A stretch of 63,742 nucleotides of DNA, filler included, from Stramenopiles sp. TOSAG23-2 (GCA_900128395.1; 25 parts of 25 records of this genome joined end to end with filler, not necessarily neighbours in it); one strand, 5' to 3'; shown: positions 1 to 12,174, counted from the whole stretch's first letter. The notes: generated from the letters alone by a model not told the origin. Numbers and translations are program-made.

Positions 1-2
1 GC

Positions 3-2384
3 TCCAGGTTGATCACAGTTGAAGCATCTTTGATGTGGTTTTGGGAATTTCAAGTCATAAAACATTTGTATACTCCCACCAGCTGTAGCTAAGCATACAT
101 CACGATATTGTACACTTCCTTGGCCAATTTCATCAATACCTGTAAATGTTGGGATCGGAATGCGTTTTACTGTAAGGTAAGACGCCATGACGGATGTATA
201 AATAGACAAAAGCAGCACGTTGCAAAGTATGAAACCTACAGCAAATGTTTTTCCAGCAGTGGTGACTGGGGTGATATCCATGGACAAAGCAAATGATGTC
301 CATCCCCAATACATTGAATTGAATAAACCACTTTGACTTTCTTTATTTTCAATAATAGATTTTCGTTTTCTTTTCTCTTTTTTCTTTTTATGTGCACCAG
401 TTTTATTATTTTTTAATAGTTTTGATAGGCATTTCTTATTACCAAATACCAACGCTGGTACATCACTATTAATACCATGTTCAAAGATATAAAACAGAAT
501 CGATGCCGTTGTAATGTAAAATACAAAAATGAAAATCCATGTGTCAGGTTTAAAAGCAAGAAACATTAAACCAATATCCATGTCTCCAGCAGCCGCCTTA
601 TCATTTTTCATCATAACCAATTGAAGTCCAAGGTCATAATATGCATATGAAGTTTCGACCTTTTCTGCACGTGAAGATGTTGCTGTAATATCACCTACGG
701 CCATATCAAAATCATGTTTTAACAATGAATCAAATATAGTTCCTGTGTAACTAGAACCTGCAGGAACATGATAAATATCATATTCAAAATTTAAATTAGA
801 TGGACTTCTTAAATAATCCATAACGTCGAATGCAAGGCCCCAGTAACAACTATTTGGGCATTTATAAATAACCATACTAGTATTTGTATAATATCTTGGG
901 CAATTTTGACATAGAGTTTTACCTTCCACTAAATCTGCAAATGGCCGTGCCCCTGCAAATGTGATCACTTTATAACGACGGGAAGAGATTTCAAAAACAT
1001 CAGATGGTTTTGTTGCATAATACGTAGTATCAGAACTCCATTGTATTGGTCGTTGAAATGCAACTTTAGCTCCGCCATTTGATGTTACATTTGCTTCACC
1101 AACTACTATAGGGGTAAACATATCAACCGCTGTATTTGCTAATTGAATTCCTTGTATATTGCTGATACTGTATTGGGCAGATATTCGTTCATTTGTTTGT
1201 GATAATTCTAATTTATTTATACCACTAGTTGCTCCTACAAAATTGACATTATGAAGTCCATTTAAAACATTTGCACCATTACTCCAATATTTTTGAGTTT
1301 CCATTGGATTTTGTAAACATTGATCTCCATCATTATCACCAAGTTTAAATAATTCAAATGTATTATTATTATTTGTATTTGTTGAAGAAATTTCTGCTAA
1401 AATAGAATGTGTAGCTGCCAATACAGCATCATAAGCAAACAATGCATATCGTGTAGCGGTCACACCATCATTTAAATTTCCATATTCAGCGTGCCATGAA
1501 TTATCAAACGAAGTTCTTGTTGGTCCATCAGGAGTTGAAGGTGATATGCAAAAAGAACCAACAACAGCTTGTCCTAATCCGTTTGTTTTTGAATATTCAC
1601 CCGTATTTCCATTACAACCGTCACTCATAATCCATGCATACTTCGGTGGCGAATTTTCCACATTTGTTAAGATTTCTGGATGATTTATGTAGATACTCTT
1701 CATCATCACATCGCATTTTATACACCATGCTATGAATATTCTACAACCATCTTGAACCAACGATTCTGTCACACTTGCTGCATCACTAGTTTTATGATTA
1801 TATGATTTCATACTTATGACATTAATTCCATTTAATTTTGCATTTGCCACAGTTGCTAATGCCCCTTGTATACCATAATTATCATCACGATGAAGAATGC
1901 AAATATTTTTCCATTCAAATTTATTTACAATCTTAGCAATAGCAGATGCTTGCATTGTGTCTGGTGCTACAACCCTGGCAAAATATGGATATGCGTTTCG
2001 ATCACTTAAAGTTGCAGAAGTTGCAGAATAAGAAATACAGGGTATGTGATATGCACTGCAAAATTTTGCAACCGTCACTGATGTGCTTGAATATGCTGGA
2101 CCAATTACAGAGTGTACTCCTATATTTGTTAAATTACACATAGCTCGTAACCCATGCCAACCAGCACCTTTATCTTCTAATGGTAATAATTGAAAGGTAT
2201 GATTTGTATTCTGTGCTTCTTTATTATTTAAAGCTTTGATTGCTAATTGTGCCCCTCTTAAACGCGCTATCCCGTTATTGGTTGGTGGTTCAATACCAGT
2301 AAACAATCCACCTATTTTAATTTGTAGTGGTTGTACATCTTGTATCAATACAAGAAGAAGGACAAGATTCAGAAGGGAAAACAT
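3..2384 (-). CDS. Ionotropic glutamate receptor-like (GLR/iGluR) channel, 3'-truncated
   Basis: Missing from the ORF track because it has no stop in the window; segments translated by hand. Signal peptide MFSLLNLVLLLVLIQ, ANF/LIVBP N-domain (IKIGGLF, VIGPAYSS, PCISYSATSATLSDRNAYPYFARV), S1 (DMAVGDITATSSRAEKVETSYAYYDLGL), pore loop and M3 SIYTSVMASYLT (cf. SYTANLAAFLT). Confidence 0.88.
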   Translation of the reverse strand, partial: MFSLLNLVLLLVLIQDVQPLQIKIGGLFTGIEPPTNNGIARLRGAQLAIKALNNKEAQNTNHTFQLLPLEDKGAGWHGLRAMCNLTNIGVHSVIGPAYSSTSVTVAKFCSAYHIPCISYSATSATLSDRNAYPYFARVVAPDTMQASAIAKIVNKFEWKNICILHRDDNYGIQGALATVANAKLNGINVISMKSYNHKTSDAASVTESLVQDGCRIFIAWCIKCDVMMKSIYINHPEILTNVENSPPKYAWIMSDGCNGNTGEYSKTNGLGQAVVGSFCISPSTPDGPTRTSFDNSWHAEYGNLNDGVTATRYALFAYDAVLAATHSILAEISSTNTNNNNTFELFKLGDNDGDQCLQNPMETQKYWSNGANVLNGLHNVNFVGATSGINKLELSQTNERISAQYSISNIQGIQLANTAVDMFTPIVVGEANVTSNGGAKVAFQRPIQWSSDTTYYATKPSDVFEISSRRYKVITFAGARPFADLVEGKTLCQNCPRYYTNTSMVIYKCPNSCYWGLAFDVMDYLRSPSNLNFEYDIYHVPAGSSYTGTIFDSLLKHDFDMAVGDITATSSRAEKVETSYAYYDLGLQLVMMKNDKAAAGDMDIGLMFLAFKPDTWIFIFVFYITTASILFYIFEHGINSDVPALVFGNKKCLSKLLKNNKTGAHKKKKEKRKRKSIIENKESQSGLFNSMYWGWTSFALSMDITPVTTAGKTFAVGFILCNVLLLSIYTSVMASYLTVKRIPIPTFTGIDEIGQGSVQYRDVCLATAGGSIQMFYDLKFPKPHQRCFNCDQPG

Positions 2385-2467
2385 GGGTAACGTAGGAGGC
2401 CACACAATATCTATATCTATATTTAACACAACCTTTTCTTTTCTCTCTCTCTCTCTCTCTCTCTCTC

Positions 2468-2567
2468 NNNNNNNNNNNNNNNNNNNNNNNNNNNNNNNNN
2501 NNNNNNNNNNNTTAATTAATTAANNNNNNNNNNNNNNNNNNNNNNNNNNNNNNNNNNNNNNNNNNNN
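2468..2567. other. Artificial contig spacer (44 N + TTAATTAATTAA + 44 N), first of 24
   Basis: The identical 100-bp spacer with six-frame stops recurs about every 2.55 kb. Contig lengths fall from 2467 to 2439 bp, i.e. a length-sorted concatenation. Confidence 0.98.
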
Positions 2568-5032
2568 GAAGCTGGTGCATTTGTTAAAAATATTCATTTA
2601 AATAATAAAGTAAAAGTAAAAAAGAAAGGTGAACTGAAAGATGCGAATTTAAAGAATGGAATTATGGATGATCCCATAACAAACGCTGATAAATTATCAA
2701 ATTACATATTATTATATGGCTTTAATATTGTATTTCCAAAATTAAATATTGTTAGTGAAGAAAAATTAGTCATTCCAAGTAAAAAAAATATGGATATGGT
2801 GGAGTTGAACAATTTGAAATTGAAAATAAAAAATGATATAGGGAAAAAATTTGATGCATTAAATCATGATTTAAAATTATGTAAAGATGACAACAATGTA
2901 GCAACAACTAAGTATAATATGAACGATTTCACAATGTGGCTAGATCCATTAGATGCTACAAAAGAATATTCTGAACATGATCCTGGTTTAGTTAAATATA
3001 TTTCAATCATGTCATGTATGGCATATAAAGGTAAACCTATTAGTGGGTTGATTTATTTCCCATTTACTACAAGGACTTATTGGACATATAAATTGAAAAA
3101 AAGTGCAAATAACGCGGAAGAAAAATCTACGAAAAAGAAAAGTTATATATGGAAAAATTCATTTCAAGATATTCCTAGCAAGCAATTACATCGACCAGAA
3201 ACAAAAACAAAAGTCGTAGATGGAAAAGTAAAAACTGTTATTGATCTTATATATTCACGTTCACATGACGGTGGCGTTGTAGAGGATGTAAATAAATTAG
3301 AATATTTTACTGTTGATAAAAGTTTTAAAGCAGCTGGTAGTGGATATAAAATGACACAAGTTGCCTTAGATGGCATCGATGCTGCTGGAGTATCATCCTC
3401 AATAAAATCAAATGATTTACTTTTATATGCTCATAACACGAAGATAAAAAAATGGGATATATGTGCTGGTGATGCAATATTAAAATCAATGAATGGTATG
3501 ACAACAACGTGGGATGGAAAGGAAATCGATTATTCATATGGTTCGTCAAAAATCATAAAAAATGGACTGATTGCAGTTAAATATAATTCTGAAAAATTTA
3601 GAAATGATTTATATTTAAATGTACATAATTATGACCAGATACATTTTAATATGCAAAGCTACTTAAGCCTTTTTGCAATTGTTTTTGTATTATTATACAT
3701 ACTAAATCGTTTTAGACATAGAATTAGAATGGGACTTATGTCATTATATAGAAATGAAAACAATAATGATATTATTATTCCATCAAGTACAAAAGAAAGC
3801 AATAAGAAACCAAAGAAAAAAAATATAATATATAAATTTATAGATGATACAATACAATTTTTATTATATGGATCAAGAAAAAAAAACCAAGATGATGATA
3901 CTAATAATAATCGTTTAGAGAAAAGGTTGGAATTAATTAAAAGAGATGTAGAAAATGGTGCTACTGCTACTAATGATAGAAAAGATAGTATTTGTACTAC
4001 TAGTAGTAGTAGTGGTAGTAGTAGTAGTGATGCTGAGGCAGGAAAATATTATCGATCATTGATGATTTCTGCACTTGGTTTGCAAGGATGTTATTTATTA
4101 TGGGGTATTTGCCAAGAAAATATTATGTCACAAGAATTTCAACATACGGTATTTACGGATGAATCCCATTACTTTAAACATTCACAATTTATCGTATTTT
4201 CAAATCGATTATTTGCGTTTTCCATTGCTTTTATAGTGCATATGTATGAAATCAACAATAATAAACCATCTACTACTAATGATAATCAAGAAGTAAATTC
4301 ATGGCCTCCATTTTATTTATTTTCACTTTCATCATTATCCAACTCGCTTAGTAGTTATTGCCAATATGAAGCATTGAAATATATATCTTTTCCATTTCAT
4401 GTTGTATTTAAAAGTTCTAAATTGATCCCAGTAATGTTAATGGGTTATGTTATAAATAGAAAAGTCTATAAGCATATCGAATACGTGGCATCAATATTTA
4501 TTAGTTTTGGCATTTATATATTTTTACAAGGGGGTGGACAAGGTAAAAATAAGAAAAAACATAAAATGCCTTCAACATCTTCTTCCTCCTCAACAAGTTC
4601 ATCTCATCAAATTGATACAGCATCTGTAAACATTGGTATTTTTTTGATGTTATTATACATAACATTCGATGCATTTACTTCAAACTGGCAAAGTAAATTG
4701 TTTAAGAAGCATAAGGTTACCAAAATGCAATTGATGATAGGTATTAATTTTTGGAGTACCTTGTTGATCTTTACATCGATAACAAGTTCTGGGGAAATAT
4801 TTGATGCAATTGTTTTTTTTCAAACGCATCATATAAATGCATTTTATTCATTGGTATTATTATGTCTCTCTAGTGCGCTTGGTCAATTTTTTATTTATCA
4901 CACCATTAAAACGTTTGGTCCGTTAATATTTTCAATTATAATGGCAACTAGACAGATATTTAGTATCGTGTTATCATGTATTATTTTTCAACATACGTTA
5001 AACGATTACGCGATATTAGGAAGTATAATTGT
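2568..5032 (+). CDS. Fusion of IMPAD1/BPNT2-like PAP 3'-phosphatase and SLC35B2/PAPST1-like PAPS transporter, truncated at both ends
   Basis: One open frame across the contig. N-half has inositol-monophosphatase/CysQ motifs DPITNAD, SEE, WLDPLDATKEY, SRSH, GSGYK, KKWDICAGDAIL. One TM follows, then UAA-transporter motifs GLQGCYLLWGICQENIM, SQFIVFSNR, SSYCQYEALKYISFP, KSSKLIPVMLMG, FDAFTSNWQ, GQFFIYHTIKTFGP. Confidence 0.88.
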
Positions 5033-5334
5033 NNNNNNNNNNNNNNNNNNNNNNNNNNNNNNNNNNNNNNNNNNNNTTAATTAATTAANNNNNNNNNNNN
5101 NNNNNNNNNNNNNNNNNNNNNNNNNNNNNNNNAATGGTTTTTCCATTTTATAATTAAATGCATGTACACCAATACTTTCTAATAATTCAATTTTTTCTGG
5201 TGTCGATGCACATCCAATGACGGTACAACCTAATAATTTCAACACTTGCTATATATATATACATACGAGTATGTCGTAAATACATGCGATGCTTCGTAGT
5301 GTGCATGTAAATCTAAATCATAATCATCACATTT

Positions 5335-7597
5335 TTATAACTGATGTGTCATTAATGCAACAAATTCTTCATCGTCTAATACACCATCTAAATCTTCATC
5401 GTATTCATGGAACAGTTCACGAATTTCTTCGTAACTCATGTTAATACCTAAACTTTCAAGTTTTTCTTTGAATTCACTTGTAGTCAATGCTCCTGAGCCA
5501 TCATCATCTAGAATTTCAAACATACGTTCTGCCATGCTTTCCATAGTTTCACGTTTTTCTTCCTCTTCGACGATAGGTTCCATCATTTTTAAGAATTCAT
5601 CTTCAGTTACATCACCATCACCATCATCATCTAAACCTTGAATCATAAGAGTCAATTGTTTTCTGTATGACTCACTATCGTCTGATTCTGGGAACAATGC
5701 ACCTAAAAATGTTTCAAGCTCCTCTTGGTCAATAGAACCATCACCACTTTCATCAATTGTTTTGTATATTTTAGATAATGCAACACGACGATAGAATTTT
5801 AATGCTCTCTCAATGCGACCTTTATGTGCCTTGTGCATAGCAGATTTTTTTAAAGGTGTTGGTGAACGTGCCTTTTCCTTTTCATGCCTATCATGCGCCT
5901 TACGTGCGCGTTCTGCTTCAGATTCGTTTTTGGAACCTTGGTCTTCTTCCATACGCGCAGCAGCTAAGTATTTCATGTAATCTTTATGGGATAAAATAAG
6001 CAATGTTACTGCTGATTTTGCAATTGCATTGCATTTCACATTAGTCTTGTTCACCATGGAAGTTTCGCCGAAAACTTCTCCTGCCACGTGTTCCCCCAAT
6101 AATTGGTTGTTGACGTCTAAAATTTCTACTTCACCATCGACTAAGATGTAAAACTTATTGTTCTTTTGTCCGAACTTTAAGATTGTTCTGCCTGCTGGTA
6201 ATCGTTTCGCATCACACGTATCGATGATTTCTTTCTTCACCTCCTCACTTAAATGTGATAAACATTCGAACTTCGAACATTCGTTCTTCATTTTATGAGC
6301 CAAACGATCAACACTATGCATAAAACAACTCATATTATGTAATGCCAACATAGCATTTCTTGATTTCATGATTCGCAATGTACGATTAATACCTTTTGCT
6401 TCAATCATTTCCTCCACACTTGTAACGATGGCGTAATTTGGCAATAAAACAGTATATACGTTAACATGTAAAATTACTGGTATAATTGCAATTGCATAGA
6501 TAACAATTGGTGAAATGTAATCTTGCGAGTCTTCTTTTACGTATTCTTTCCATACTGCAGGTTGTAATGCTACGACGAAGCAACCTACATATACTGCAAT
6601 CATAACTAATTCAACACGGATGTAACCAAATATCATTTCAACACCAGCTCCTCCACCCCAAAATAATTTTGTATGGTGATTTTCCTCACCCTCTAATAGA
6701 ACTTTTTCTTCGCCAGTCAAGGGGTGAAACTTGTATGAAGGGCGATGGTCTACGTGAACATCTAGATGATGTTCATCAAGTAATGGTGTATTTTTCTCTT
6801 CATCATTACTTTGGTTCAACGATAATTGTTTTTGCAACATTTTTTCTAAATGATATAAATGTTCATGATGGATCAATTGGCCTTCTACATATTTTAAATG
6901 CCCATTAATTGACATTAAGAAAAAGGAAGATAAATACGCTGCAATGATAGCTACGTATGTCACTAGCATGGTCTGTTGATGATCATCTAAATCAATTAAA
7001 TCTGCTAATAAGAAAATCATGAAAAGGAACCAAATCGCAAACCAATTTTTTGGTGTAATATCGACCATTTGAACTAAAATCCTAGTAAATTCATGATCTG
7101 CATATTCAGCAAAATCGAAATCCATTTGAATTTTATGATCTTGATTTTTTCCATCATCATCAATATTTTTGTTTGCTGTTTGTATAAAGCCAAGTCTTAA
7201 TGCAGCATATCGCAATCGCTCATGGTAATCATCTGCTTCAGCATGTCCACAAATGAGGCGAACAAGCCAAGATGATTTTTGTGCTTTTAATTCAGCTTCA
7301 TGTGTTTTTTTTTTAATTTCATTCATTGGTGTTACAAGTGAATAATCTTCTAAATATCTCCAATGTTTTTGTTTCCTTTTACCAATTTTCACCAGTAAAA
7401 CAGCTGATCCTAAGAAGATCATCATTACCATGAATAAAACCATATGAACAGTTTCAGTCAATTCAACCAATGGATTCTCTGGACAGACAAGTTCATCTGA
7501 ACCTATTGGAAAATGAAGACATTCATCTGGAAACCACTTTGCAACAAGGCTATCTAAGGAACCTTTAGCAAACGAAAACAGTAACAGTAATAATAAT
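5335..7597 (-). CDS. MLO-like multi-pass membrane protein with cNMP-binding-like domain and four EF-hands, 5'-truncated
   Basis: Frame is open to the contig edge. ETVHMVLF and FDFAEYADHEFTRILVQMVDITPKNW resemble MLO HQLHIFIF and FDFHKY..VVGIS..LW. CNB fold FYILVDGEVEI..GEVFGE. EF loops DESGDGSIDQEE, DDDGDGDVTEDE, DDDGSGALTTSE, DEDLDGVLDDEE. Confidence 0.75.
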
Positions 7598-7698
7598 NNN
7601 NNNNNNNNNNNNNNNNNNNNNNNNNNNNNNNNNNNNNNNNNTTAATTAATTAANNNNNNNNNNNNNNNNNNNNNNNNNNNNNNNNNNNNNNNNNNNNA

Positions 7699-8109
7699 CA
7701 ACGTAATGATAATGATGAATCATTGAAATGTATATTATTAGAAATTAATAGTGGTCCTGGATTAGAAGGACGTGTTGATCGTGAATTATGTACATCGATT
7801 ATGAACGATACATTGCAAATTGTATTTGATCCATGGTATAGTAATTTATTAAATGTAATCAAAGGTGGTGGTTGTAGTAGTATGAAGAAAACAGATTGGA
7901 TGAATATCGATGCTATGCCATCGATAATACCAGAACGATATTGTTATTTAGGTAGTAGTAGTAGTAGTGGGGGTAATGGCGAGGATGAAGGTGTAACAAC
8001 ATCAAACACGTCGTCGTCGTCGTCACTAGCATCGTCGAGATTTTTATTAAGTGATCAATTTATGGAATATTTATATAAATTATATCAATTTGTATTGGAA
8101 AATGATTAA
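7699..8109 (+). CDS. C-terminal fragment of a tubulin-tyrosine-ligase-like (ATP-grasp) protein
   Basis: CILLEINSGPGL matches the TTL/TTLL LLEVNxxP motif; frame is open from the contig edge. Confidence 0.55.
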   Translation, partial: QRNDNDESLKCILLEINSGPGLEGRVDRELCTSIMNDTLQIVFDPWYSNLLNVIKGGGCSSMKKTDWMNIDAMPSIIPERYCYLGSSSSSGGNGEDEGVTTSNTSSSSSLASSRFLLSDQFMEYLYKLYQFVLEND

Positions 8110-9219
8110 ATATGGTTGGTGGTTAGTGTAGTAGTTACTGATGATGAAGGTGAGAAAGTTCGTTTTATTTCGGTTCTTAATATACGATATCTTGTAGTAG
8201 TTGAGTGGGACACGACTTGACGTTGGGGATGCATCGAAGTGTTCATCGAACGTGTTGGAGAGAGGAGAGAATCTGCTGTAAACATACTTTAGCCTTGACT
8301 TAATGATGGTAAAGCGATGATTACCACATATATCACATATATATATGAGCGTTGAGATGGAGGATAGAATGGTAGAGTAATGAACACGCGTTTAAGTAGA
8401 GAGGGAGGTATAGAGAGTGTAGAGAGATGTGTGTAGAGATAGAAAACCGCTAGAGAGGCTAGAGAGAGGTGCGAAACGATGGTGGCGACGTGGTGACAGC
8501 TGTGTTAGTGGGTCCATGGGTAAAAAAAAGTCCAATTGAGTGCGTCCGGAGTGTCTCGAGATTCTAATTTTAAAATATCATATATGATAAGACTTTATTT
8601 TAATGATAACTATATAATGTACATGAGTTGTTCAAACAAAATATTAAATTTAAAATATATTATAAAAAAATGAAAGAAGAAAAATAATTTTTACACTACA
8701 CCAACTCCGCTCCTCTCCAAACTTTTCGCGCGTAGGATATAATCAATTATTGCTCATCTCAATGGAACGCTGGAACACTAAATCTCTTTGTGTGCCTCTC
8801 CCCCCACCCCCCGTTTGTTATGTAAATTTCAAAAAAACAAACTTGGGAAACCAAAAACATGTATTGTTCCAGTGTCTTTCATATTTCATTTTTATAAATA
8901 TTTTAAAAGAAAAAAATTGTGTTTTTACTTTCATTTGTAAATTGTTATATGATCTTTTATATTGTATTATTACTTCTTTTAATTCGTATACATACATACA
9001 TACATGTAATACATATATATATATATATATATTAAAATGAAAGATAAATACCATCAAATGATAAACGTTTGTTTGATTTGCTTTTTGTAGTATTTATCGT
9101 CTCGTTTCGCCTCTTTTGTTCTAAGTGAACAATAACGCGGTGTATATTCATATATCAAATATATGTATAATGTATACGTATACCAAACTTTATCCATATA
9201 ATGCACAACGTACCACAAT

Positions 9220-9745
9220 TTAATCTGATAATGGTTGTTGTGCAGCGGATGCGTCAAGTACGAAGTGATGGCCATCAGGAGTGACAGTTGGTATTGGACC
9301 TGCTTTCACCACAAACCACTGTATCCAACCATTACAATTATAACCAACAATTCTGCTACTTAATGCACTCGGGATTCTTGTTGGATCATCATATGTACCT
9401 ATATTGATATTTATTATTATATAATGTTTAGTGTGTGTATATATATATGATGTTAGTTTATATGTCATGGTATCCTTATTGGTAGAGAGATATTAATATA
9501 TATATATGTATATATATATATGTATACGTACCAACTTTATCGACCCACAACATACTCCTGTTGAAACGTTCTTGTCCTTTTAATTCCGCTTCCAACTCAT
9601 CTTTTCTTAAACCAGTTGCTTGTTCGGAATCATCTGCAATACGTCCAGTGACGCCTTCTGCTTGCACGACCACCGTCTTGGAATAGCTACGTGCGATGGT
9701 ATGTTTCCTGACTAATTGTTGCGATATTCTGTTTACAAATTGCAT
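9220..9745 (-). CDS. COX5B: Cytochrome c oxidase subunit 5B, two exons (9745-9532, 9398-9220)
   Basis: Arg/Ser-rich mitochondrial presequence, EQATGLRKDELEAEL, GTYDDPTRIPS, SRIVG. A GTACGT..ATAG intron at 9531-9399 (133 bp) joins the two ORF-track pieces in frame. Confidence 0.8.
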
Positions 9746-10931
9746 ATTTATATTTATTGTTTAATATATATTCCCTTTGATTATACCTAAATTTAACCTA
9801 AAAAATTGTTATGTAATTTTATTTTTTACTACTTTATTTTTTTGTAATAATTAAAAATGATTTAATGATTTCTAAAAAAAAAGAAAAATACAAAAAAAGA
9901 AAAAATTTCGAATGACAATGTTTTCTTCTACTTTCGTTCGTTCGAATTCAATATACTTTAACTGGTAACTATAACACACAAAATATATATATACATATAT
10001 AGACACTTTACACATATATCACATGTATATATATCGTATCGAATCGAATAAACACATGTGCAGTGCCAGTCGTTTAATGTGCCAAAAGACGTTAAAAATT
10101 TAAAACCAGTGCTATTCAGTGCTATTTTAACATGTTGTACTTGAGAGACTATAATTGTTGATNNNNNNNNNNNNNNNNNNNNNNNNNNNNNNNNNNNNNN
10201 NNNNNNTTAATTAATTAANNNNNNNNNNNNNNNNNNNNNNNNNNNNNNNNNNNNNNNNNNNNGTAGTCGTAGTTGTCGCGCTCATATTGTGTATATAGTA
10301 GAAATTAAATAATGTAATATAATAATATATTTGTTGGCAACAATCTTATTTGTTGTTGTTGTTGTTGGTTCTTTTTGGTTATAACTTGATTATTATACTA
10401 TATATATCGATTTGTAAGTTGTGAACATCTCTGATGATCTTCATCATTTCAAAATAGAACAACAAAAAGAAGCACCAAACCAGCAAAATAATAATAATAT
10501 AGGGTTCAATGTGCGTGATATAGATGCTATTTTTAAAAATCAATAGTGTATCGTTTTAATTAGTGACAAGCGGAGAAGCGGAGCGAGTCGAATAGCCTTT
10601 GCTAGACACTAATGAATTTTTGCTTTTTGTATATAATAATAAGGTTTTATCATGATAAAATATATGGGCTTATTTTTTTTAACTTATTGTATTGATTCAT
10701 TATTTTTATTTCATAACTATAAATATAAGGCGTGCGTGTGTGTGTGATGTATATAAGAAACAAATTGATGAAAGTGAAAATATCGTATATTGTTAAATAG
10801 CATTCAGGAGAAACAAATTTAGTTGATATTGTATCGATATATTTTCGTGGTATACATACAGTATATATATTGTTACAATTTATTTTTTTTTTCATATTAT
10901 TAATAATTAATTATATAAATTTTTTTTTTAA

Positions 10932-11636
10932 TTGAAACTTTTTATTGTAAAAAAGATGATGATGGTAAAACCAAAAAAAAAATTATTATCTAGTGTAAGT
11001 AAACGTCAGCAAAATAAATATAATGTAAAAAACATGAATGATAGAAACATTATTGAAAGTAGTAGTAGTAGTAGTACACATTACAATCCATCTAAATTAT
11101 TGTATCAAATGCGGTTAAGTTCTAATAATGACGATAAAATTGATCAAAGGAATAAAAAAATACTAGTTCGTGAAGCACGTCGTAGACAATCACAAGTATT
11201 AGATGCTTCTTTGAATGATACTTTTGACAATAATCTTGGAAATATAAATGATAGTGGCCATGATATTCATTTTTATAAACATGATAATAGTCCAAATAAA
11301 CATTATAAACATCACAATCAAGATAAACATCATCACCACCACCACAAAAATATGTCACAACAAAATGTCAATGCAACATCAACAACAAATGATAATATGA
11401 ATATTGATGCATTAAAGAGAATGGTATTTCAACAGGCTGCACGAATTGCTGAATTAGAAACAGAAAATAAATTTTTAAAAAATGTAATACTTGAACAACA
11501 ACATCAACAACAGCATTTAAGTCCAATCAAAAATAATGACGATGGTACTGTTAATAATAACAATAATAATATTACAAATCATCCACGTAAACATAATAAA
11601 CAACATGAAGGTGCTGCTTTGAGTTATGAACAATAA
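10932..11636 (+). CDS. Low-complexity Asn/His-rich protein with a short coiled coil
   Basis: 234-aa ORF with coiled-coil segment LKRMVFQQAARIAELETENKFLK; start codon uncertain. Confidence 0.55.
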   Translation: MKLFIVKKMMMVKPKKKLLSSVSKRQQNKYNVKNMNDRNIIESSSSSSTHYNPSKLLYQMRLSSNNDDKIDQRNKKILVREARRRQSQVLDASLNDTFDNNLGNINDSGHDIHFYKHDNSPNKHYKHHNQDKHHHHHHKNMSQQNVNATSTTNDNMNIDALKRMVFQQAARIAELETENKFLKNVILEQQHQQQHLSPIKNNDDGTVNNNNNNITNHPRKHNKQHEGAALSYEQ

Positions 11637-12174
11637 AAATAGAGTAGAAAATAGAAAAGAAGGGGGCGGCATTTCTAACATATTTGATCGCACGCGTGTG
11701 TGTGTGTGTGTATGTAGCTAACGTTTCATTCAAATGTTATTGAACAAAGGATGATTATATATGTGATAGAGAGAGAGAGAGACAAAAGTGAAAAAAATAA
11801 TAAACTGCATTGTGTCTCTACGGTCTACCTTATGGTCTAAAAAATAAAATTTCTTCAATACCTCCTTAATCAATTTCATAAATACCTTAATATATTAGCT
11901 AAAAGCGAGAGACGTTATAATCAAGCCCAAAAATAATAAATTAATTTCATTAATTATTAATGGAAAAGGTGAATAATCCATGATGTCATTGATTGTCATG
12001 TTTATTTTTTAATCTCATTACAGTTATCTATTCTTCTTTTTTTTTTTTAATCTTATTATATTTTTATTACTCTGTGTCTGTGTCTGTGGGTCACTATTTT
12101 TTTCAATATTTGAAACGGTGTTTTCTTGTTTTTTTTTTTCATTTATTGAACATTGTCGAGTATATATATTAGAA

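Noticed and set aside
1-7597. Ion-channel 'island' (GLR next to MLO-like)
   Set aside because: Separate contigs; proximity is an artefact of concatenation.
8750-9275. Short Y/I/F-rich ORFs here and in other AT-rich spacers
   Set aside because: Translations of TA microsatellites, introns and UTRs with no coding signal.
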